Part shown: positions 28,584 through 35,742 of the stretch, piece by piece
How the letters are laid out: every line of letters begins with the position of its first letter
Numbering within the stretch: position 1 is the first letter of the stretch
NCBI GenBank assembly: GCA_910579265.1
Contig: CAJTTE010000004.1
Location: forward strand, 30,449-94,448
Source of the DNA: an uncultured Ruminiclostridium sp.
Lineage (GTDB): Bacteria; Bacillota; Clostridia; Oscillospirales; Ruminococcaceae
DNA: 64,000 bases
Direction: 5' to 3'
Notes under the pieces: model-generated
Told to the model about the DNA's origin: nothing
The model's database searches: none
The model's input: only the letters and a program-made list of their open reading frames with translations
Translations under genes and position numbers: made by a program

Positions 28584-29681
28584 ATGACAAGAAATTTAAA
28601 AAGAAGAATTATTTCTTCAATAACATCACTGGCTATGGTATTTTCTTTTGGTGCTACAAATGCTTTGGACGCTTATAACAGCGACACATCCGAGCTTCAA
28701 TCGGGAAAGCTGAATTATGACAGTATTGAGGAGCTGCCGGATGGAGGAAAAATTTACACTTATAATATAGGGGGAGTAATAAATCAGTTTCCTGTGCCTC
28801 CAAAAGGATTTAATCCTATAACAGCAACCGATGAACAATTGGAAACTTACGCTTTTCCCGCAAGACCAGATAAAAATAATAATGAAGATTATCAATCATG
28901 GCTTTCACTTATGGAAAGTTATAAATTTACTTCAGCCCCAGAAATTTCAGTTGTTAATAACTCTATAAGTAATTTTAATAGTGACATTGGTGATGTCAGT
29001 ACATATGCAAAATCCACGGATTATGGTTTAGCAGCATCTGGATACTATTCTCATCTTGGTGAAAGCAAAGAATTCTACACACAACTTCAAGTGGATTATG
29101 TTCATCCAAAAGTCACGGCTATAGGAGGCGGTAACAGTGGAAATTCATATTGGGTAGGTTTTGGACACTATAGTGGTGCTCGCATTCAAGCTGGTACTGC
29201 TAATAAAAATTATGACCAACCTTGGGCTTGGTATTCATATAATAATAGGGTTAATTTAAATTCAGAAATAAAAATTGACAATTTTATTGTGAATGCGGGA
29301 GACAATATTCATATATACATTGCGTTCATGAAATCAAGCGGAAAATTAAATTACTATTTTGTAAATATGACAACTGGGAAATCAGTGAGTAGTGTTGTTA
29401 GTATTCCAAATGCTGAAATGTATTTTAACGGGCAAATTGCAAGTTGGTCAGCTTCGCCTCTTTTAAGTAAAGGTTATCCAACTGGTACATTGGGTAATTA
29501 TGGTAGAGTTACTTTTAAAAATTGTAAGGCTATGCTTAATACATCGAATACTTGGATAGATTTTAACCAACTAAGTAATATCAATAAAATGATTATGGTT
29601 GGACCAAATGGTACGCAAATGAGTAAACCAAGTCTATATAAAACAGATAGTTTTCAATGCATGTGGTTAAGTTATATTTAA
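28584..29681 (+). CDS. Secreted G1 (eqolisin, Peptidase_A4) glutamic peptidase homologue, catalytic Glu apparently lost
   Basis: Signal peptide, pro-region PPKGFNPITATDEQLETYAFPARP, YWVGFG...IQAGT; ASWSASP where AEWIVE is expected. Confidence 0.75.
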   Translation: MTRNLKRRIISSITSLAMVFSFGATNALDAYNSDTSELQSGKLNYDSIEELPDGGKIYTYNIGGVINQFPVPPKGFNPITATDEQLETYAFPARPDKNNNEDYQSWLSLMESYKFTSAPEISVVNNSISNFNSDIGDVSTYAKSTDYGLAASGYYSHLGESKEFYTQLQVDYVHPKVTAIGGGNSGNSYWVGFGHYSGARIQAGTANKNYDQPWAWYSYNNRVNLNSEIKIDNFIVNAGDNIHIYIAFMKSSGKLNYYFVNMTTGKSVSSVVSIPNAEMYFNGQIASWSASPLLSKGYPTGTLGNYGRVTFKNCKAMLNTSNTWIDFNQLSNINKMIMVGPNGTQMSKPSLYKTDSFQCMWLSYI

Positions 29682-29840
29682 TTTAATTAATGATCGGACA
29701 GAGATATGTAGTTCTGTCCGATCGTTTTATTTAATGAATACGATAATATGATTTAGTATGGCTTTATATTGGTATACTTCTTAAATTAAATCAAATTTCA
29801 TATAAAGACTATAAAATCAAGTACCGCCTTTATAATTTAA

Positions 29841-30854
29841 TTATGCTAAGTTATCATCATCTAACTCATAGTTCAAAAAATTCATATTTCGCAATATTTG
29901 AGAAAATACATCTCCGGCTGCTTCAACAACAAATTCTTTCCTTTCTTCAATGCTAAAATTATCATAGTTTCCAAGAATATTCTCATAATCTTCAGGAATA
30001 CTTGTAATCATCACACTACATCCGTTGTATTCATAAACTGCAAATAAGATGTCTTTATCTTTATTGTAATAAAAAAGTGACCATAAATGATACTTTTGTC
30101 CTTCAGGTATACGTTCAATATAATACTCCTGACCAAATTTAATTTTTTTGCCTACAGTTATCGTCAAGTCATTTTGACCGAAATTTGGATTTGAGAAATG
30201 AAAACTGTTTACGTCAAATGTATCCCCATCAGGCGATGTATATATGCCATATGGATTATTATCAATGACTTCGAGATAATCACGCCCATGAGCTTTATTA
30301 TTATGGCTCATATATGATACAAGATTGTCAATGACATCTTCTATACCATAATATTTAAATAGTTCATCACTACTCATTTCAGTAAAACATTCTTTTCCAA
30401 AGGGTGTTTTAGGAATATCTGGAAACGATTCTACATAAAATATACATCCGGCAGTAATCAATTCTTTGGTTTTTATTGGTACAATATGCTTAGGTTCTTT
30501 AGTGACAATAGTACTTATTGCCTCCTCAACTGTTTTTGAAACATTCTCGGAAATTTCTGGATTAACTGTATCTGCAATGCTTTCAGACGGTTCACCGCTG
30601 ACAGTCGCGTCTATATTATCGATAGCGCCTCTGTTATTTGCTACAAACACAGCACCTCCAATAACGCCCAAAAGAGCCGCCGCCGTAACGGGATATTTCC
30701 ATAGCTGTCCCGATCTCCTTTTTCCTCCCGATACGGAAATAATCTCCGCTTTTTCCTCTATGGGCGGGGTTTCTTCGCTTCTTCTATTCATGGCTTCGCA
30801 GATCAGATCGTCGTCAATATTCTTTATAGACTTTATTAGCTTTTCTTTTTTCAT
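29841..30854 (-). CDS. Anti-sigma factor, paralogue of 27413-28441
   Basis: IDDDLICEA, WKYPVT, HIVPIK, GIY..PDG, TVGK...FGQ.YY, KDILF shared with the paralogue. Confidence 0.82.
   Translation of the reverse strand: MKKEKLIKSIKNIDDDLICEAMNRRSEETPPIEEKAEIISVSGGKRRSGQLWKYPVTAAALLGVIGGAVFVANNRGAIDNIDATVSGEPSESIADTVNPEISENVSKTVEEAISTIVTKEPKHIVPIKTKELITAGCIFYVESFPDIPKTPFGKECFTEMSSDELFKYYGIEDVIDNLVSYMSHNNKAHGRDYLEVIDNNPYGIYTSPDGDTFDVNSFHFSNPNFGQNDLTITVGKKIKFGQEYYIERIPEGQKYHLWSLFYYNKDKDILFAVYEYNGCSVMITSIPEDYENILGNYDNFSIEERKEFVVEAAGDVFSQILRNMNFLNYELDDDNLA
30683..30703 (-). repeat. Right arm of an identical 21-bp inverted repeat
   Basis: CCGTAACGGGATATTTCCATA on the + strand. Confidence 0.9.
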
Positions 30855-31405
30855 ATGTCAATGCCTCCCTGTTTTAAAAATTTCTTCAGCTTTCCCCGTG
30901 TGTGAAAGAGCATGGAATAGACCTTACTTTCGCTGAAGGAGCAATCCTTGGCGATTTTCTTTACAGAGTCCATAAACCAGTAACGTCTTATAAATACCTC
31001 CCTATGCTCCGGTTTCTGAAGCCGGAGAAAATCGCTTATAAGCTTTCCCGCCTTTTCCTCCTCGGGAAGCGGATCCATGTTTCCGGAGGAAAGGTCGTTT
31101 TCCAGCTCCGACATGGAAACCGTAAGGCCGCTGTCCCGTTTTTTCGCCTTATTGTATTTAAGCCTTGAAAGGGAAAGGTTTCTTGTGACCTTACAGATAT
31201 ACGCCTTAAGATTTTCCGGTTTATTTGGGGGAATGGATTTCCACAGGCTTATGTAGGCGTCGTTTACACACTCTTCCGCGTCCTCGGGGTTGTTCAGTAT
31301 GTTTAACGCTATACTGCGGCAAAGACCGCCGTATTTTTCCTTTACCTGTTGGATCGCCGCTTCGTTACGGTCAAGAAACAGGTTTATGATATTCAGATCC
31401 TCTAT
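30851..31405 (-). CDS. ECF sigma factor, intact 184-codon frame starting at ATA
   Basis: Frame is open from ATA 31405 (IEDLNIINLFLDRNEAAIQQVKEKYGGLC...EDAEECVNDAY...FIRRYWFMDS); in-frame TGA three codons upstream; the ORF track shows only its last 87 aa. Confidence 0.85.
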   Translation of the reverse strand: MEDLNIINLFLDRNEAAIQQVKEKYGGLCRSIALNILNNPEDAEECVNDAYISLWKSIPPNKPENLKAYICKVTRNLSLSRLKYNKAKKRDSGLTVSMSELENDLSSGNMDPLPEEEKAGKLISDFLRLQKPEHREVFIRRYWFMDSVKKIAKDCSFSESKVYSMLFHTRGKLKKFLKQGGIDI

Positions 31406-31514
31406 GCATTTTCACCTGCCTTTCTTTTTATACCGATCCCGTTTTAAACTTATATAATACCCATAGTTTTTACTAATCCCTTTTAAAGCTGTTGGATTAG
31501 TGTTTAGGTTGGCA

Positions 31515-31678
31515 TTATTGCTCCCCCAATTAACGCTTGAATCATTATGCTTGCCCGGCTGTCTAAATACTTTGTCAGAAGCTCTTGAAATATGCGCATA
31601 TTCCTGCGGCCTTCTTCCTTGTTTTTCAACAGCCCTTCGGCGCACAAATTCTTCAAGAGCTACTTGGGGAAGCGATAA
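31515..31678. repeat. Dispersed palindromic element family 3, copy a
   Basis: Ends TTATTGCTCCCCCAATTAAC / TACTTGGGGAAGCGATAA; near-identical copy at 42172-42333. Confidence 0.9.
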
Positions 31679-31689
31679 AAGGGATCGGG

Positions 31690-31838
31690 GGCTATCTGAA
31701 AAGCCGCGGATAACACAATTTCTACTAACAGCCTTCCCGCGTTAAATATGCTCGAAATACCCTGGTATTTCTCCGCTTTTTTAAAATCTCCGCGCTTTTA
31801 GCGAAATCGTACAAGCTTTATTTGTTTTGGTACCAGCC
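31690..31838 (-). repeat. Family 1 element, copy e (short subtype)
   Basis: GGCTATCTGAAAAGCCGC...GAAATACCCTGGTATTTCTCCGCT. Confidence 0.8.
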
Positions 31839-31908
31839 TAAGCACTAATCCTTTGTCATGTCTATGCCTTGACCAAAAAACAATATCAGATACGCCCTAA
31901 TATTAGCT

Positions 31909-31948
31909 CCTTCACTTATTAAGTAGAATTTCAATGGTAAATTTTGCA
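31909..31948 (-). promoter_or_regulatory. Putative ECF autoregulatory promoter, copy 3
   Basis: TGCAA-N20-CTTAATAAGTGAAGG on the minus strand, preceded by two TGTGAAA repeats as in copy 2. Confidence 0.6.
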
Positions 31949-31990
31949 TTTTTTCACAAAACTTTCACAAAATCTTTTTGAAAAAACAGG

Positions 31991-32028
31991 AGCGTATTCA
32001 CATACCGGCTGATTTATGTGAATACGCT
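31991..32028. terminator. 14-bp perfect hairpin, probable terminator of the polA-rimI transcript
   Basis: AGCGTATTCACATA / TATGTGAATACGCT flanked by A- and T-runs. Confidence 0.65.
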
Positions 32029-32059
32029 GAGTTTCTTTTTAAAGAGCAGCTTATAGAAG

Positions 32060-32140
32060 CCGTCAGGAAAGGGGAGCATTTCCCGAGTCGGATTCACCCC
32101 TTTGAACCGATAACGGAATCCGGCGTGAGGGGAACACGGG
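32060..32140 (+). ncRNA. Degenerate TPP-riboswitch-like motif with no downstream gene
   Basis: AGGGGAGC..CCGAGT..ACCCCTTTGAACCGAT..CGG-AAT-CCGGCGTGAGGGGAA follows the TPP consensus order with mismatches at core positions. Confidence 0.45.
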
Positions 32141-32264
32141 GCAGAAGTCACACCGATTTTTGTCCTCGGATACAGATTTTAATAAGAATTACTTTCTTAC
32201 TTTTCAAGATTCCGGATGTTTTTGCGGCATAATTTTATCAAAAATACCTTTTAAAACTATGGGG

Positions 32265-32684
32265 CTATTGAACCGTTTCAAGCTCCATAATAAGGGCATT
32301 TTTCCCGCCGCCGTAATAGCCGGTGCGTTTTGAGACAGGTTTAAAGCCTGAGCTTTGATAAAGAGCTATTGCGGATTTGTTGGTTTCCTTTACCTCAAGA
32401 AAGATCTTTTTCGTATCCGAAGGGCACGCCTTAATAAAACCGGTAAGAATGCGCTTTCCTATGCCCCTTCGGCGAAATTCCGGAAGCACGCCTATTCTGT
32501 AAAGCTCGGCTTCACCGAATGCCGCCGCGCCGATACAGTAACCGTAAGGGCTTCCGTCCTCCCGGTATTCGATACGGTACAGTATGTCGTTTCGCTCAAG
32601 AGTCCCGCAGATACTACCCAATGTCCAAAAATCATCGGGGAAACAGGCGCGCTCCAATTCCGCCAGAATTTCGGGATCGCTCAT
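32265..32684 (-). CDS. rimI: RimI-type N-acetyltransferase
   Basis: LERACF..W, IGVLPEFRRRGIG, FLEVKETNKSAIALY, R.GYY. Confidence 0.8.
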   Translation of the reverse strand: MSDPEILAELERACFPDDFWTLGSICGTLERNDILYRIEYREDGSPYGYCIGAAAFGEAELYRIGVLPEFRRRGIGKRILTGFIKACPSDTKKIFLEVKETNKSAIALYQSSGFKPVSKRTGYYGGGKNALIMELETVQ

Positions 32685-32705
32685 ATGTCTTTATGTCCTC
32701 CCAAA

Positions 32706-33116
32706 TTACTTTATGTACATCTCATAAAAATCGCTTAGCTGTTTACGGCATTTACGGTAGGCGTCAATGCCCGAATAATATGGATCGGGAATACCCAAAA
32801 CAGTTATCTTGTCATCTAAATTCTTATTTTTATAGTAAGAACACAGGGTTATCTTCTGTCTTTGGCTCATTACGTGAATAGCGTCAAAGCTTCCTATGCT
32901 GTATTCGGACAGATGAGTCGGTTTATAGTCGGTTTCAATGCCTATTTCCTTCAGTACGGTTATCACATTGTCGTCAAGCTTATCCCCTATAATGGCTATT
33001 CCGGCGCTTTTAAAGCAATAGGGCGAATTTTTTCTTTTAGCAATGCTGTTGGCGATTTCCATAGCAAGAGGGCTGCGGGTTTTATTTGACGTACATACGA
33101 TCAGTACATTTTTCAT
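32706..33116 (-). CDS. Low-molecular-weight protein phosphatase family
   Basis: VCTSNKTRS P-loop, SAG, IPDPY. Confidence 0.85.
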   Translation of the reverse strand: MKNVLIVCTSNKTRSPLAMEIANSIAKRKNSPYCFKSAGIAIIGDKLDDNVITVLKEIGIETDYKPTHLSEYSIGSFDAIHVMSQRQKITLCSYYKNKNLDDKITVLGIPDPYYSGIDAYRKCRKQLSDFYEMYIK

Positions 33117-33135
33117 ATGAGATTTTCCCTTTCTG

Positions 33136-35670
33136 TCAGTGAGTCTCGAACCAGGTTCTTCCGGTTTTTACATCGGCCGTAAGAGGAACGGTCAGGTTTA
33201 CACAGCTTTCCATTTCCTCCTTCAAAAGCTCGGATACCTGTTGTGCGCAGGATTCTTCGGCTTCCACTATAAGCTCGTCGTGAACCTGTAGAATAAGCTT
33301 CGCAGGGAGCTTCTCGGCTTTAAGACGGTTATATACTTTTATCATGGCAAGCTTTATTATATCCGCCGCAGTTCCTTGTATAGGGGTGTTCATGGCTATT
33401 CTTTTTGCAGCGGCCTGTACAATTTTGTTTGAGGAGCTTATTTCAGGTATATATCTGCGGCGTCCGAACATCGTTTCGACCCAGAGGTTTGTTTTGGCGT
33501 TCTCCACCGTTTTTTTCATAAAGCTGTCAACGCCGCCGTATTTTGATAAATACGCCTCTATATAGCGTTTGGCCTCCGCTACCGAAACGCCGATATCCTT
33601 CGAGAGCGAGAATGCGCCGATCCCGTATACGATTCCGAAATTGACCGCTTTGGCTCTTGAACGAAGTTCAGGCGTTATCCAATCAACAGGCTGGTTAAAT
33701 ACCTGAGAAGCGGTGATGGTGTGGATGTCGTCTCCCCTTAGAAATGCCTCCTGCATTATCTTATCCTCTGCAAGATGAGCCAATACTCTTAGTTCGATCT
33801 GAGAATAGTCTGCGTCTATAAGCACGCAGCCCTTTTTTGCTACGAAAAACTTGCGCATATTCCTTCCGAGCTCGGTACGAACGGGGATATTCTGTATATT
33901 TGGCTCGGCGCTGCTTATTCTTCCGGTTCTTGTTTCCGTTTGCTTAAAGGTCGAGCGGATACGGCTGTCGTCACAGACGGCCGATTTCAGACCGTTGACA
34001 TAGGTGGATTGAAGCTTCGTATATGCTCTGTATTGTGAGATCAACGGCACTATGGGGTGCTTGTCCGTAAGCTCCTCAAGAACATCGGCGTTTGTGGAAT
34101 AGCCGGTTTTTGTTTTTTTGCCGCAGGGAAGGCAAAGCTTATCGAATAGTATGACTCCCAACTGCTTTGGAGAGCCGATATTGAATTTTTCACCCGCAAG
34201 CTGATATATTTTTTCTTCGGTTTCCGTTATTTTTTCGGAAAGCTCTTCGCCGAAATTATCTATGCCCTCAAGGTCGATTTCGATGCCGTCAATTTCCATT
34301 GACGTAAGAACCTCGGCAAGAGGTATCTCTATATCCCGAAGGATTTTTTCAAGCTTTTCGGACCTTATGCGGTTCATAAGCTTGCAGCTTAGCTCGTAAA
34401 GGCATTGGGGCAATCCTTCGTTGTTCCGACCGGTATCTTCGTCATAATGGGAAACCCCGTATTCGGTGCATAATCTTCCAAGCCCGTAATCATTTGAACT
34501 TACATTTAACAGATACGCGGCAAGGGTTATATCAAATGTCACGTTGTTTATTTTTATGCCCTTAGGCATAATATATGAATATATCGCTTTAAGGTCAAAT
34601 GTTCTTTTTTCAATGTCACTTTCAAAAAAGCTTTTTTCCTTTTCTTCATCAAGCCTGCGGCAGCTTCCGTTTTCGCATACAAGAACTTGTCCGTCGACAA
34701 TAATAATATCGGCGGCGTTTTTGTCCGGTACGATTTCTTCGGATAAATGTATGTTCATAGCTTCGCTTACCGCTTTTGCTTCGGCGGCCTGATTAGCTTT
34801 GTTTATATTTTCGGGAGAAATGTTCAGTTTCCTTAAAATTGTGAACATCTCAAGCTCGGTCAGTATTTCGGCTAATTTGATTTCGTCTTTTTTTTGGGGA
34901 ATATATGCGGATATATCAGTGTTAACGGGAGCATTTAAAGCTATTGTACCAAGTTCACGGCTTAAAAAGCAAGCGTCTTTTCCCTCAGACAGCTTTTTTC
35001 TTAAGCTGTCGGTTATCTTCAGATTGTCAAAATCATCATAAATATTACTAACAGTAGAGTATTTTTGTATCAAATCAAGCGCGGTTTTTTCACCTATGCC
35101 CTTTACGCCGGGAATATTATCACTGCTGTCTCCCATAAGCGCTTTCACTTCTATCATTTGGATCGGGGAAAGACCGTATTTTTCCTTAATGGTTTCGGGA
35201 GTATAAAGGGTATCTTCTTTGTTTCCCGCTAAGTTTACAAACACGTTATCTGTTATCAGCTGAAAGCTGTCACGATCGCCTGTGGCAATTACGGCGCAGT
35301 TTCCGCTTTCTTCAGCTGCGTGTGAAAGAGTTCCCAGAATATCGTCGGCTTCCCAGCCTTCCTTTTCAACTATCGCTATACCCATTGCACGGAGAATTTC
35401 CTTAACATAGGGTATCTGCATAGCCAGCTCCTGCGGCATCGGCTTTCTTGTGCCTTTGTATTCCGTATATAATTTATGACGGAAGGTAGGGGCCTTTAGA
35501 TCAAAGGCAACGGCAATGCAGTCGGGGGAAAAATTATTCCGCAGCTTAAGGAGTATATTCATAAATCCCGTTATGGCATTGGTAAAAACCCCTTTTTTGT
35601 TTGACAGGGTTCTTATACCGTAGAAAGCGCGGTTGACTATGCTGTTTCCGTCTATTACAAGCAGCTTCAT
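33136..35670 (-). CDS. polA: DNA polymerase I
   Basis: IDGNSIVNRAFY, ALMGDSSDNIPGV, DADYSQIELR, AKAVNFGIVYG, LQVHDEL. Confidence 0.97.
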   Translation of the reverse strand: MKLLVIDGNSIVNRAFYGIRTLSNKKGVFTNAITGFMNILLKLRNNFSPDCIAVAFDLKAPTFRHKLYTEYKGTRKPMPQELAMQIPYVKEILRAMGIAIVEKEGWEADDILGTLSHAAEESGNCAVIATGDRDSFQLITDNVFVNLAGNKEDTLYTPETIKEKYGLSPIQMIEVKALMGDSSDNIPGVKGIGEKTALDLIQKYSTVSNIYDDFDNLKITDSLRKKLSEGKDACFLSRELGTIALNAPVNTDISAYIPQKKDEIKLAEILTELEMFTILRKLNISPENINKANQAAEAKAVSEAMNIHLSEEIVPDKNAADIIIVDGQVLVCENGSCRRLDEEKEKSFFESDIEKRTFDLKAIYSYIMPKGIKINNVTFDITLAAYLLNVSSNDYGLGRLCTEYGVSHYDEDTGRNNEGLPQCLYELSCKLMNRIRSEKLEKILRDIEIPLAEVLTSMEIDGIEIDLEGIDNFGEELSEKITETEEKIYQLAGEKFNIGSPKQLGVILFDKLCLPCGKKTKTGYSTNADVLEELTDKHPIVPLISQYRAYTKLQSTYVNGLKSAVCDDSRIRSTFKQTETRTGRISSAEPNIQNIPVRTELGRNMRKFFVAKKGCVLIDADYSQIELRVLAHLAEDKIMQEAFLRGDDIHTITASQVFNQPVDWITPELRSRAKAVNFGIVYGIGAFSLSKDIGVSVAEAKRYIEAYLSKYGGVDSFMKKTVENAKTNLWVETMFGRRRYIPEISSSNKIVQAAAKRIAMNTPIQGTAADIIKLAMIKVYNRLKAEKLPAKLILQVHDELIVEAEESCAQQVSELLKEEMESCVNLTVPLTADVKTGRTWFETH

Positions 35671-35742
35671 ATAATCTCCTTTTAACAATTATAATATACA
35701 AGATGTATAAAATTAATATAATATATCTAAAAGTAAAGAGAT

